Below the pieces are notes generated by a model. That model did not search any database and was not told the origin of the DNA. It saw only the letters and a list, made by a program, of their open reading frames with translations. A stretch of 63,183 nucleotides of DNA, the filler included, from Intoshia linei (lineage: Eukaryota > Animalia > Orthonectida): the NCBI GenBank assembly GCA_001642005.1. It is 5 parts of 5 records of this genome, joined end to end, with 100 filler letters (N's around TTAATTAATTAA, not from the genome) between each part and the next. Parts side by side here need not be neighbours in the genome. Positions count along the whole stretch, not along the records: positions 1 to 15,310 come from LWCA01000919.1; 4 more parts are not named here. The stretch is one strand, 5' to 3'. Of the stretch, positions 1 through 13,473 are shown in pieces; positions within the stretch are counted from its first letter, which is position 1, and each line of letters opens with the position of its first letter. A program made the translations under genes and the position numbers.

Positions 1-599
1 CCAAGATAACTTTTAAAATTTCTTTTAAATGCTGAATAGTCATGTTCACTACCCCAAAAAACATCTTGAGAAAATAACGCATTGTGAGGTAGAGTGGTCA
101 TTACAGCTACCTCTTTTTTCAAAGCATTCATATTATTCTTACCATCGTACATCTTTTTGGCATTTAATTCTACCCCGTGTAGTCTGAAATGTCAATAAGA
201 TAAGTAAAATTAATAGTATAATACCTAAACATCTTTAGAGAAGTGCTATCTACGGCCAGTCCTATAAATGGGAAATTTCCATCAAGTTTTTGTGGTCGTT
301 TCTTGTTACTTCATTATTTTTCGGACAAAAGTTCCAAAAATGGAATTCTCATTCTTTCTATTGTTTTTTTAATTAAATTCGCATTAATTCCAAATATTTA
401 TAATATACAACTCATTGATAATGAAATAACTCGTTTAATTTCAAAATAGTAGAAACTATGTCATCTATATTGGTTATCATTATCATCATGTATATAAATA
501 AATTTAATTCGTAAAGTTTCAATTTAATTCCATTCATCTCGACATAATGCAAGTCATTTTACTAATATCGATATAATTATGTTACATCGAATTTCATCC
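1..599 (-). mobile_element. Truncated copy of PIF/Harbinger-superfamily (PHIS) transposon: one TIR plus 5' part of degenerate transposase
   Basis: Near-identical reverse complement of 32774-33371. The minus strand reads GLAVDSTS..(intron)..YDGKNNMNALKKEVAV with in-frame stops. Ends in ...CATCGAATTTCATCC followed by ATT. Confidence 0.8.
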
Positions 600-639
600 A
601 TTATATATGGAATATGGAACACCGATACGATTTAATTCT

Positions 640-1020
640 CGATATATAAGATTAACTGCATCTTCTTTTTGTTTTTTGGTCGCTGGAGGTTGATCTTCAA
701 TTTCTTCTTTAGTTAATGTAGACTCGAAATTAATAGAATCAATGATTTCACTATCATTTATCATCATTGATGAAATATTTTCTTCATAATTTATATCAAG
801 TTATGTCAATTCAGTTAGTTTATTACAATTATCACTAAAATTAAATCCAGCCTCAATGAAGCAATTTTTAATTGTTTCTATCTTAACATGTTTTATCCAC
901 ACTGTGTTAAAGATATCAAAACAATCCACCAGGTTGATTTTTCGTAAATTTACACCGGTTTTAATGTCATATATCATCCTTTTTACTAACACATCTCGGT
1001 AGTAATGTTTGATATTTTTA
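640..1020 (-). mobile_element. pogo/Tigger (Tc1/mariner, DDE_1) transposase C-terminal remnant
   Basis: Minus strand KHYYRDVLVKRMI..INLVDCFDIFNTVWIKHVKIETIKNCFIEAGF matches the Tigger K..YR...W..V...TI.NCF..AGF pattern. Confidence 0.7.
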
Positions 1021-1038
1021 ATAATTCATTTATTATAA

Positions 1039-1916
1039 CAGTGTTTTTCAACCTTTTTTACTACATTACTCATATTATAGTACTTATTTTGATATTACCC
1101 ACAATATTTTTTTAAATGCATATTGGATAGTCAGGTTTTAAGAATAAGAACCATGTAATTTTTTAAAGCTAGTATAATATTTAATACAAACAATACTAAA
1201 TTATATGACAAAGAATTTAGTAGATTTTTAAATAATTTAATTAAAATTTTTAAAAAACTAATTTTACATTATTGTTAACTAATTCCTGATTTTTTTTTCA
1301 AATTGTAGGAAGTATATTTTTATTTTTCAAAAACGGAGTAATTTTGTTTTTGGTGGTAAAGATGCACATTTGTGAGAATGAAATATATCTTAATCGTTGT
1401 GCCAGAAAAAAACTGACTTAGAATTTGGGTTTATAGCTTCCTGGGATGTCACGAGTGGCGACATGTTAGCTTAAGATAAGATAAAAACTATTTATAATTT
1501 TTTTCACGTATAATCAAAATATTACTTTTTTGATAATAATAAAATAGTTTCCAAATAAAAAAAAATTAATAATAAAGTGTTTTTGACCGTGAAGGCGTCA
1601 CTTTTTCTGATTGAAATTTTTTGTGTGTGTTAGCTGGACACAACTGTATCAACAGTAATTTTTTATTCTGCCACTGTTAATTTTTTAAATAAATTGTAAC
1701 ACCCACATAGACATTAAATTTTATTGATGTAAGTAAAGGATGTTTATTTATTATTATTTAACATTATCATATCATTTAGGAAAAATTATAACATGCAATT
1801 ATTATGCGATACAAAAAAATAAAAAAATTTTTTTTTTAGAACAAATTTCGCCATTACCCATGAAAAATATAAAATTAGCCACTCCTGGGTAAATACTCAC
1901 AGGTTGGAAATCACTG
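1039..1916. mobile_element. hAT-type non-autonomous element containing a Helitron-like fragment
   Basis: Termini CAGTGTTTTTCAACC ... GGTTGGAAATCACTG. Related copies at ~11506 (inverted), 19393-19772 and ~30590-30770. The interior (~1260-1740) is the reverse complement of the Helitron-like family. Confidence 0.6.
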
Positions 1917-2134
1917 CTGTATATTATACAGTGTATGTTTTTTTTAATAGTTTTTTTATGTTTTTCATGATTAATAATTAAATTAAATTTTTTAGACAGT
2001 TAATAAATTGATAATCATAAATCAAATTAATTATACATGAGTAGAAAATTTTTTTAAATATTTATTTATATTTGTTTCCAATCAAAAATATAAATTTGGT
2101 GAATGTAAAATGAATATATAAATTAATTGAAATT

Positions 2135-3443
2135 ATGCTTTTGGATAATGTACGAATTTTAAAAGAAAGATTAAAAAGTAATACATAATTATAATTAATA
2201 CATTATAAATTATAATATTTAATTATTTTACTCATTTCTTGTCATATTAGAAAAATGTACTAATGAGCCAACCGTAAAGTTTGTTGTGAATGATTATATC
2301 GGTGAATCGGACTTGTTAAATTGGTGTCAAGTAATATTTAAATATATGTTGCATAGAATGTGTACAACTGTAAAATGTACACATTCCACGGGCAAGTCGT
2401 AGAATGTATTTGACTAAGAATGTGTCTTAGACACCAATTCATAGTTAGATACATAATTGATGCTTTGAAAACAACCAATTTACCAATTCAGTAACTGATG
2501 TTTATTTTTAAATTGATTTGTATTTGTAAAACTTTCATTTAATTACGATTTTTTTTGAACCCAACTTTCAAGATTTTTAGAAAACATAATAATTGATTAG
2601 TTATTATTGATTTCTGTGTCAAATATCGTGTTTCCAGTTATAAATTTTATATTTAATAAATTGAATTAATTATTTTTAATCTTAATAATATATCCTGCCT
2701 CATTACGTTAATCTGTACTGTATACTGTACTACTTATCCATGAAATGTGTACATTTCACAGTTGTACACATTCTATACGACATATACATGTATGAATATG
2801 ATATAATTAAATTGTCAAAAATATAAAATACTAGACTCATGGCTTAACATTGGATACCGATATTAAACGGTTCTATATCAGATCAAATGGATTTTGTTTA
2901 GAATGGTGGCAAGATTCAAGTTATTTAATTTTAATTTGGTTTAAAATTTAAATATTGTAATAGACAATTGTAACGTTCGAGGGAGAATAAAAATTAATTC
3001 AATCAAACAATTAAAAAGATTAGTTTTTAATGAACCAGAGTATATTCATTCCATAATATCAGGTAACTTGAAATTTAATATAAAATTAAAATTTAGAAAA
3101 AATCAAAAAGACTCATTACGAAATATTCAATGAAAAATATAAAATATTTATAATTGAATCATTGGGAAAGTTGGGTCAAGTTTGTTTAATTCTTTCACAT
3201 TTTAGTCAAAAAATATTTTTAATTGACCAATTGTTTAAATTTTACTACATTTCAGATACAATCAATGAATATATTGATACTAGTTTTATTTTTTTTGGAA
3301 TAATTGGATGGCAATTACTTTACACAAAGCAAAAATTGTCTAGTAAATTATTGGTAATTGATAGAATATATAATTATTCAAATAAACTAGTTAACTCTGC
3401 ATATTTATGTACCAGAAAACTTGAAAAAAATTTACGAAAATGA
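2135..3443 (+). CDS. TPGS2: Tubulin polyglutamylase complex subunit 2 (SMI1/KNR4-like)
   Basis: Exons 2135-2177, 2251-2330, 2835-2919, 2964-3062 and 3097-3443 splice in frame: LLNWCQTHGLTLDTDIKRFYIRSNGFCLEWW..GRIKINSIKQL..GQVCLI..FLID..YISDTINEY..GIIGWQLLYT. This parallels the TPGS2 motifs W.Q...D.K.FY...NGF...W, G...INSI..L, G.VCL and G...WQ. Confidence 0.8.
2345..2784. mobile_element. MITE with ~55-bp TIRs in TPGS2 intron 2
   Basis: TATGTTGCATAGAATGTGTACAACTGTAAAATGTACACATTCCA is mirrored by TGAAATGTGTACATTTCACAGTTGTACACATTCTATACGACATA. Flanks are TA. Confidence 0.75.
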
Positions 3444-3503
3444 AAATATGAAATGTCAGGAATAAATTTAATATTTTAATACTTTACAAAAATTATATAA
3501 AAT

Positions 3504-6500
3504 TCATCTTTTATTAGCTTTGTAATATTCTTTTTTGATAATTAGGCCGTCTAATGATACGGATAAATGTTTATTGGACTCTATATATGAAAATAGTTTG
3601 GAACCAGAATTGAATCTAAAATAAATAAAATGTATATTTATACATATCCGCATTATATTGATCATCGGCGGGCTCTATTTTCCACCTATGGGCCAAACAC
3701 CAAAAAAAAATTGCGGAACCAAAATTTGTAGATGCGCATTGCGAACTAATCGCCATTGATTCTTGTATACATGTGACATGCTATTATGCATGTATCTTTT
3801 TTATTTTTTTCTCATACGAAGGCCTGGTGTTAACCGTAAAAAGAAAAAACAAGTATTGTAGCACAAAGTTCATGCTATGCCAATAAATCATTTATAACTA
3901 CAACAATACATAATTTTGATCATTTAAATTATTTAAATGTAAACTACACTCTTTATTTACACCAGGGGTTGCCAACCTTTTGCATCTTGTGTGCCATTTT
4001 TATACCAAAAAATTATATGGGTCCAGTTTTTGAAAATTTACACATGACACTCTTCAGCCTGAAGTGAAACGGTTCTAATATACTCAAAAATATAAAATCC
4101 AGGGTGATGTGAAAATTCAGTATTAAACTGATTATAATGAGCCAATTATAGCAGAAAATGTTTAAATTTGTGTTTGAAACTTGAAAAATAATGTACATAC
4201 GTATTTACTCAAAAGGCCACCAAAATGATTATGTGGGCCACTGGTTGCCGACCCCTGATTTACACTACTGTATGTAAAAATATTGATAAACATACTTGTA
4301 AAATTTATCATGCATGTTTTCTCGGATGATTTGGGGCGTATTGATCAATCCAATAATTTTTACTAGACAATCTTCCGATTCATCAACAGCATAAATTGCT
4401 CTATATTGGAGTCTACTGTTTCCAAACAAAATTATAAATTGTTCAGCATCACTATTTTCTATAGCCTATAAATAAAATGTATTAGTTTGAAAATAAAATA
4501 AAATTACCGATAAAACCAAATTCCTAGTTTTAAGATTAACACCACCAGGTAAAACATTATGAATGATGGCGTTAATAATAATGTTTCGATTACTTCGAGT
4601 AGAACTTTTTTTGAACAATCCTTTATATTGAGTTGAAACTACAGTTTAATTTAAAAATTATTTTGAAATAAATTAAACCATCAGAATTTTCACGTGTTTT
4701 ATCAACTAAAATAAAAAATCAACTACAATTAATCAAAATTTAAATATACCTAATTTTGAGTTTATATCATTGAAAATTTTTGAATGTCTGTTTATAGTGT
4801 TACACTGAAAATTTAATCCTGATTTTGTTTGTTGACCAACAACGCTTTTTACATTTCTCCTCCGAGAATTAGGTGTATTGAACGTTAAACGACGATTTTG
4901 ATCGTCATCGAGTCTAAAATATATTAAAACATAATTACGAATAATTAATAATTTGTTTATTTCGGAATTTCATAAAAATGTTTTTATGTAAATAACGTTT
5001 AAGAAAATATTGTTAATTTTTTCGTAGTAAATGATAATCTATAGCTGGGTTCTTTCACATCCACGGACCGGTAATTGATGGAAATTTTTTAGTCCATGAT
5101 AATGATTACAGATCAAACATAATTTTTTTTAAATTAACATTATATCGGAGCACACAGTGTCAACCCTCTCACATACTGCGCATACAAAATCACAATAAGA
5201 CACTTTAGTATAAAAGACTTTAAATCAGTGATTCCTAAGGCGGGCGGTAAAAAATTTTGAACTTATGAGACGCGGGACTAAATTTGGTATATTATAATAT
5301 TTATATTTTAAATAACCATTATAATTGTAATTTATATTCAACATTGTTTGAAGACTTCAAGTAAAACTGTGCAGACAATGAATTTATTATAAAATTTGAA
5401 TTAAACATACAATACAATTTAACCACACCAGAGTAACGCGAAAAAAAGTTGACAACCGCTGGATTAGAGGAACCAAAATTTTTTTCAATTTGTAAGGGTC
5501 TATCATTTTCAACTAATTCTACCTCTCTTATTGGTTCTCCACGTCTTTTTCCCATCACTAATAAATAAAGAATTGGAAATTAGATGAGTAGTCCATAATT
5601 ATTAGGGGCAATCGATAAAAAATTTAAAAATCTAACCAGTCTTCCCCAAACTTTTTATGTTCGCGGAGCACTAAAAAATAAATGTAAAAATTGCGACGCT
5701 TGATATAATAATAATAATAAATATACTCTACTTTATATTATTCATCATTCACAGTCGTTCTCAACCTTTTTTATTAGTATTATACTCTTTTGAAAAAATG
5801 GTTAATAAAAGTGGATTTTTTTCAAAATTAATTGATCCAAAATGTTTATTTAAAAAATATTAATTGATAAATTTATCAAAATTTTAATGTTATATTATTA
5901 ATATAACTTATAATCAACAAATTACAGGTATGTGTTTATTAATTAAAAATAATGTTATTCAGAAATACTTACTTTGTAATTGCCAATGATTTACGATCAA
6001 CATCGCTTCTTCTCTTGATGTGTCTTGCATTAGACTAAAACATAATAAAAGTCAGCATAAAATAAATGCGTACGTGACGGATTATAGTTTAGTTGTAATA
6101 AATTCATAAATAATGAAGGTAATTTAAGTTAAATAAGTGTCATCCAAATTTAAATTTTAAGAACCACTATATACTATATACCATTTTATAAAAGGTCAAT
6201 TACATTAGATTTTTTTATTTTTTCCCAAAATTTGCAGCTTTTCATTCCAAAAATTTATTTTATAACTACAGTAAAGATTTTCACTAAGCACCTAACAGAT
6301 ATGACATTTTTATTATTTCGATAATTTCATTGTGCGCCTTACGGAAAAAAAGTTGATAAACACTGGTATATATAAAATACATAGTATGGAAACTTACGTT
6401 ATGTTGTGTGTGATTATATTCAATTATATTAGACGCTGGAAGCGTCAAAAATCTCTACAAAAGAATGTTATAAAATGCAAAGTTTCAAAAATGCTCAGAA

Positions 6501-9500
6501 TAGTACTAATTTGTATATAGTATTTTATTCCTCTGACGATTCAAACAAATGGAAAAACCCTTACATGAAAATAAATCATTATAGTGAATTGTCATTCTTA
6601 ATTGAAGTTTATTTATTTAATCAAAATCCTAATATCAAATTCAAAACCAGGTTTAATATCAAAGGCTTGACGGAATTCCAGCGCAATTTATGTATATAAA
6701 TATTTGTTACCTAAAGGAAAGCCAAGTATCTTCAATGCTTAACTTTATATCTAATTATTGAGTTGATTTGACAAATTTAAAATAAAAAATCTAAAACATC
6801 GATTCAACGGAAAAATGTTAATTTGTTACGAAAGACACATCAATATATAAAATGAACTATTAATTAAAGCGGAAATGACGAATGAGATACGTAAAAGATT
6901 ATTATGCAGTAAAGAAAATACAGATACAGATACATACATGTACATCTTAATACAGTACATAACGCATTATAATACTATTAATTGGATAAAAATTAATAAA
7001 ATTACAGTTTGATTAGAATTCCTACTGACATAATCAGAATCAAAAGTAGGAGTATCAACCTCACCACCACCACCACACAACTGTGAAAAAAAGTTTACAT
7101 CTGGAGGAGTATAATCCACACTCTCATCAATATCTATATATTTAATTTTTCGGTCAATATGAAATGTATCGGTTCTGGTCATTTCAGAATTAGTTCCAAT
7201 GCGTGAATCTGGTTGAATATCACCATTAGCATTGTGATTAGACTCTATTTTCATTTTGTCAAATTGTTTGGTATAGTTAATTCTTTTTTCATAGTTATCA
7301 TTAGAGCTATAGTTAGTGGTTTTAGGTACTGGAGCATCATCTATTTGTTTACTTGTTGAATATATATTTTTTTTCTTTATTGAAGAATATTTTAATCTGG
7401 GATTTAATTCTTTTGCTTTATTTTTATCTATTTCAATAAACATTGAAACTGGTCTTTTAACTTCTCCATATCTCTCATCCATTGAAAAAGTCAACTTTTC
7501 AAATTTATTGACATTTTTTAATTCATTTCTATCAACTTTTAAAATTTCTTTGGCCAATTCAACTTCAATTTTTTTACGTTGCAGAAACAATTCGCTGTCA
7601 ATTTCTATAAGTTTTTTAATTTCTTCATTTTTAGATTTTCGATAAATATATTGGTTTTTACAAAATATTTGAAAAAAATCTTTCCAACTACAACCTTGAA
7701 CAGTCTCATTATTCAATATATCTGTAGTTATAGGTTCTATATACATTTTTTCACTTTTTTTTTTAATTTCACCTCGTGGTTTACGTTTATGAATTTTCAA
7801 ATTTTTTTCATTATACATTTTTCTATCCATAGGTGTATTATCTGACTGACTAGAAATTTCAGAATAATCAATAGAATCAAAATTTATAAGAAATTCAAAT
7901 TTTCTATCAAAATATTTTGATAAAATTCTATTGTTTTTTATCTTACTCGATTTAAAATTGCACGGCCAAGTATGTACGTTAAAATCACCGTCCAAAGAAT
8001 CGCTATCAAATTTATTTTTATAATTGTTGTTACTTTTTTCAGTGTAATTACACTTTCCTTTGACTGATAAATCTGAAACTTTTCTAACTAAATCACAAGT
8101 ACCGCCTGTCCAAGTTAAAGATATTTTTGATTTATCAAATGTTTTACTTTTTTCCTTTTGGTTTAGCTTTAGAAAAGTTGGTTTGAATACCGATTTATCG
8201 CTGATTTGTAAATTTTCGTTTTTAGTCAGTAACTTTTCAATTTCTTGTTTATTTAAATTCAAATTTAAACTATTGTTTACTCTAATCGAATGTTTACTTT
8301 CTGATTTTTCAAAGACATTATCAAAAGGTTCAGATTTACTTGAACTGAATTTTATTTGTTCAGTCATTGAATTATCACTTTTTTCTTCTGCACTATCTTG
8401 AGAAATTGGTTTATCGTGATTATTTTCGTGTTGACCTAAATTATTTAATATTTATCATTGACAAAGGTCAGATAGCTATGACAATAGGGTTAAATTCAGT
8501 CCAGAATAAAGTCACCTTGAAATTTTAGTATTTTGAAATAGTATAAAGCAGGATGATCATACCAAACCCACGGAAATGTGGTTATATGTCATTACTCATT
8601 TTTTCAAACATACCCTAGCTGCGCGTATCCCAGTTTAATAATACCTGGCATAAGGAGATGTTCCCTAGTCTTGTACCCATTGAAACATTATATAATTACC
8701 ATTTTTAATATGATGAAAATCAAATTCAAATGACTCCATAAATTGAACATTGTCATTTTCAGCATTTGTGTCATTGTCTTCATTGAGAGAATCTACCAAA
8801 TTGGCATTGTCGAGAGTTCTACAAATGTTCTCTATTATAAACTTATATATTAAATACCCATTTTTGTTTATTGAGCCAGCATTGTTAACAATCGGTGAAC
8901 ACCCAGACAAATTAAGCAATCTGTCTGTTAAAGAAACTAAACTTATTAATATAAAGAAAGACACATCCCCAAGATATATTTTATCTATAGATCGAACCAG
9001 TAAATTTTTTGAAATAAAGTCTAATATCAATCAAATTGTTAATTTTTTGCTCTGAACGAGTAAATCTCATTTACAATTGAAAAAAAGTTTACCTTTTCTC
9101 AAACTTTTAAAGAGATGATAATGACATGATAATAAAAAATAAAATGAACTAAAATATCCCACAAATCATGAAAATTTAATTTTTTTCACAAAACTGACGA
9201 AATCCTCATTATTTCGTTCTACCCTTAGATTTACAGGACCATGTCACACGAATTCAAATTACCATTCAATGTTGTTTCGTTCATTGATTGATTCACATTA
9301 ACATCATTTTTGCAAGCTTCAAACCAATAAAACAGTTCAGCCAAAAAAACAGTAAAATTAAATTTAAAAATAAAATCTTTATATCTAATATCTTGTATTG
9401 TCAAAAATAAACAATTTTTAGGTAATATCGTATCACAAAAATTTTGAGTAATACTTAAAAGTTTTTCATAATTTTCAAAATCTGAATTTTAAATAAAATT

Positions 9501-10400
9501 AAAATTTCAATAAATAAAATAAATCCAACCTGTAGGCTCTAAATTAAAAGATTCACAACTGTAATATTCCAAAATAAAAACAATTAAAATAAAATTATTA
9601 AATAAATCATTCAAAGTTGATACATTTTCCAATTTTATACTTTTAAAAGACTAAAATATAAACTAATTATATCTAAAAATATAATTTACCACTAATGAGA
9701 CACTTCGTAAAATAGTCTTAATCCATAAAACAAGTCCATCTTCAATTGAAAGGACTTGATTAAAATCAAAAGTTTCGTTGTTTTCACTAAATAATATAAC
9801 TTAAATACACATTTAATCAAAAATAATGAAATTTTAATTTTTTTATACCTTAAAAAGAAACAAATTTTTTCAATTGGAGAAATGGCGTAAGAATATGCCA
9901 TCATAAAAGAATTTATTAATGTACTGTGGCATTTCTAAATGATAATTATAGAATTTGGGTAATAGTAAAATTTACTAAAAAAATAGTGTGATTGTCTTGA
10001 TATAAAGATATATTGTTGATAAAGATATCAAACGTCCAATTTTGATCTTTTATGTATAAATCGATTTCATCTATTCCATTATCATTAACGATTCTACAAA
10101 TTCTAGCAAAAGTTTCAAGGTTGCTTTCTTGATACAATGAAATAATTAATTTTAGAAAATTGAATAACCTTTTTGGTGCGGTTTGTTGAGTTCGAATCGT
10201 TCAAAAAGTAAACTTTCATTATAAATTATGTAACAAAGTCTAATGTATGGTTCAGCAGATGATAAAGTATTGATAATTGTATCGTTCAATATTCCTGGGT
10301 ATATATTCTGATGTACATATTAAATAATACGAAATTTTAAAATATATACATTCAATTCAGCTTTTTTAATTAACCATTTTACTGAAGCGTTGAATTTTGC
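3504..10400 (-). CDS. CAMSAP: CAMSAP/Patronin microtubule minus-end binding protein (CH domain + CKK domain); start codon not resolved
   Basis: N-terminal exons read AKFNASVKWLIKKA, TLSSAEPYIRLC, MMAY, IEDGLVLWI and CLFLTIQDI...VFLAELFYWFE (CAMSAP CH region). A large exon ~7006-8435 and a 27-nt microexon 4679-4705 follow. C-terminal CKK domain: RSNRNIIINAI..VLPGGVN..FIILF..LQYRAIY..DKFYKFNSGSKLF..KHLSVSLDGL, stop at 3504. Splice phases are consistent. Confidence 0.9.
3963..4257. mobile_element. hAT MITE in CAMSAP intron
   Basis: TIRs CAGGGGTTGCCAACC / GGTTGCCGACCCCTG with a perfect 8-bp TSD ATTTACAC. Confidence 0.9.
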
Positions 10401-10672
10401 CTATTTTTTTATGAATTAATGATCAAAATTATGCTATATTTGTAAGATTTACGCTAATTGATTCAATTTATAAAGTATCATACGTTATTAATAATGAATA
10501 ATAACTTATTATTCACTTCTAATAATCGTATACCTATAATCAGGCCACGCCATAATTTATTTCTGAAATTTATTTATTGTAATAATTGAAAATTAGAAAA
10601 AAATTTAATTAATGCAAGTAAATTAAATATATAATTAACTTATACAATTCAATACAATTTGATTTAAAGTAT

Positions 10673-10790
10673 GAAGAATTTTTCAGTAAAGCCAAGTTCG
10701 TCCTCACAGACTGGAGACAAGGAATGACCCTTGAATCTTTTGAGAATATTTTATATTTAAATTATAATCGTAAATTATGGCAATACATGT
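10673..10790 (+). mobile_element. hAT transposase C-terminal dimerisation-domain remnant
   Basis: EEFFSKAKFVLTDWRQGMTLESFENILYLNYNRKLW resembles the hATC motif ER.FS....L...R..L....E..L.L..N. Confidence 0.65.
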
Positions 10791-11701
10791 ATGTAAATAA
10801 ATTTCTAATTTACATTGTTAATTAAATCATTTTTTCTACTTTTAATTCTAATTTTCATAACCTATCTCTCCTGTACATCGAAATGAATTACAATATAATA
10901 CAATTTTTCTGTATAATTTAATCGAATCTTTCATTTTGTAGTTAAATATTATATACCAGTAATTTATTTCCTAGTTAATAGAAAAACATCGCGAAAAACG
11001 ATTAATTATGCATATAATTGTTAAAATATATTTATAAGCAGGGCTGTATGAAATGCTGGAAACAGCGACAACGACCGTACCGGTACAGCAATGCTGTTTT
11101 ACCAGCTTTAGACTTCATATATTATATAGAATTTCAGAATACGTAAAGTGTAAATATCACTAAAACCTTATTAACCGTTAACTTTCCGCAACCAGAAACG
11201 ATAATATTTAGAAATTAATTTATAGGCTCATTAATAAGCGCTAATTATGTGTACTTAGTAAGTAATTTATTTTTTGTTTGTAAATAGTGTGTCGTTGATC
11301 ATGTTCATGATCTAGGAATATAAACATTCCATTTACTCCTCAAACATTAAAATAAGTAATTTTTAATTAAATTAATTCTATTTTTTAAAATGTGTCATTT
11401 CGTAAGATTTTGTTTCTTAATTAATTATTTTAGATTCGAAATAAATTAAATATTTAATTAGAAACGATATATAAATTCACTTTCAATTAAAGTGTTCTTA
11501 TAGATCAGTGATTCCCAATCTGTCGGTATTTACCCACGAGTGGGTAGTTTGATATTTTTCATAAGTAATCGCGAAATTTGTTCTAAAAAAAAGGATTTTT
11601 TTAGTTTTTTTTACGTCGCATGCACAATAACGTATTATATAATTTTTCCTAAATGTAATAATGTAAATAATAATAAAATGTAGTCATTTAATACATGAAT
11701 A

Positions 11702-12170
11702 TCCTTTCCTTTACTTATATAAAATTGGATGTCTGTGTGTGTTACAGTTTATTTAAAAAATTAAAATTAAAACTAAACAGTTGTATAATTTAAAAAAACT
11801 AATTTATAATACAGTTTTTCGCAGGTGATGTTTATATCTAAGTTTTATTTCCAAAAATTGAGTCCTTCAGCGTCCTAAACCCAATTTCCCTTTTATTTTA
11901 AATAAAATCAACCCAAAAATTGAAAAAAACATAAATTTTGGAATAGTTATTAAAATCATAAGCATTATCATGAATGGCAACATCAAAAAAGTGCATTTTC
12001 ACGATAAAAACTCCAAATTACCATTTTTTTAAAAAATGAAAATAGCACTAAAATTTTAAAAAAATACAATTGATAGTTATACATGTTCAAGTTAACAGCA
12101 AAAAAAAATATCAATCTGACAAAGTGACGCCTTCTCGGTCAAAAAAACACTTTAGTATTAATTTTTTGTA
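11702..12170 (+). mobile_element. Helitron-like family copy (5' part)
   Basis: TCCTTTACTTATATAAAATTGGATGTCTGTGTGTG start and the internal blocks shared with 47021-48190 (AAATCATAAGCATTATCAT; AAGTGACGCCTTC.CGGTCAAAA). Confidence 0.6.
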
Positions 12171-12173
12171 TTA

Positions 12174-12698
12174 CAGTATTCTCTCTATAACTCGCCATTC
12201 TTAGGATTTCGAAAAAGTTGGCGAGATAGATAATTTAAAAATATAGAAACAGATAAAACATTTAAATGAAAGGTTAAATGGCAATAAAATGTAAAATTTA
12301 ATACAAAATAATTAAAATTAAAATATAATTATTAATATGTATCTTATAAAAAAATCAATTTTTACAACTGAAATTAATTAATTATTTTTTAATTCAATAT
12401 TTTCTAAAAATTACATTTAAATTAAAAAATGGGTTTATTAAATTGTAAATCAGTAAATATAATGTAATATAATATAAATAAATTTTTTGTAAGCGTAATA
12501 TACAGATTCCCCTTTTTAAATAAATGTATTCTCCATCTGCATTATTAAACCTTCTCTTTTGCGATTTAGAGGCATTTTAATTTCAACGTGATTTAAAACT
12601 TAACTACATAAAATCGTAACTAATTTTGAAAAATGTTTTTAAAACTTTTAGTTTTATATTTTAAATAATTGGCTAGTTTAGAGTTGTGGAGAATACTG
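12174..12698. mobile_element. pogo/Tigger-type MITE
   Basis: TA|CAGTATTCTC...GAGAATACTG|TA: terminal inverted repeats with TA duplication. Confidence 0.7.
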
Positions 12699-13473
12699 TA
12701 TTATAAATGGTTTTAATCTTATCTATTATCCGGATTTTATTTCTAGCTCACCACCTGCCAGTAAAAAATTTTGCTGATCAATGCGTTAGTATAAACAGCA
12801 GGTATACTTTTTTAAAATAAGTTTGGAAATTTTTTGATAAATCCCAACGAATTTACGTGACACGCTTATGCGTAGTATATTAATAGTAGCAAAAAATCTT
12901 ATAATCGCTTAAATGAATAGTGAAAGTTTAGTAAAAAATATCTGTATTTCTACGAACAAGGCTTTGGTATTCATTGAATGAATATTATTGAACCGTTTTT
13001 CAAATAATCAGCCTAATAGCGTAAAAATTGCAAATACATGGTGTTATACAAGTATTACCAGAAAGGGGTCGTAATCTATTTCCTCCAATCTCCTAGAAAT
13101 GAATAGATTTTAAAAAATGTTAAATTACATGTCCGACAATTTTAAATATGGTGAAATACTTTATTGAAAAAATACGTTGACAAGTTGAATGAATGATAAC
13201 AATTCATGAAATTTTTATTAATATTTTTTCAATTTCAATCAAACATTTTAAGAATCGTATGCCAAATATAAAGAAAAGGATGCATAACAATGAGCCAGGG
13301 GTATTTAAGATTAGTTTTTCTTTATTTTTTATGCTGACAAACCTTTGCGCCGTAAAAAATTTCAAACAATTTTGACAAACAATACAAATGTAACTCAAAT
13401 TTTACAAAATTATTAAACAGCCAGTCTATTTCAATTTTTAATTAAATATTTTATACAAATTTTTTACAAGTAA

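Noticed and set aside
7316-8401. Plus-strand ORFs overlapping the CAMSAP exon (likewise antisense ORFs at 14351-15358, 19899-22991, 27139, 36293, 40094, 60482)
   Set aside because: Antisense shadows of real exons in AT-rich DNA, with no motifs.
12900-13420. Possible highly degraded hAT transposase
   Set aside because: Only faint similarity with many stops. Insufficient support.
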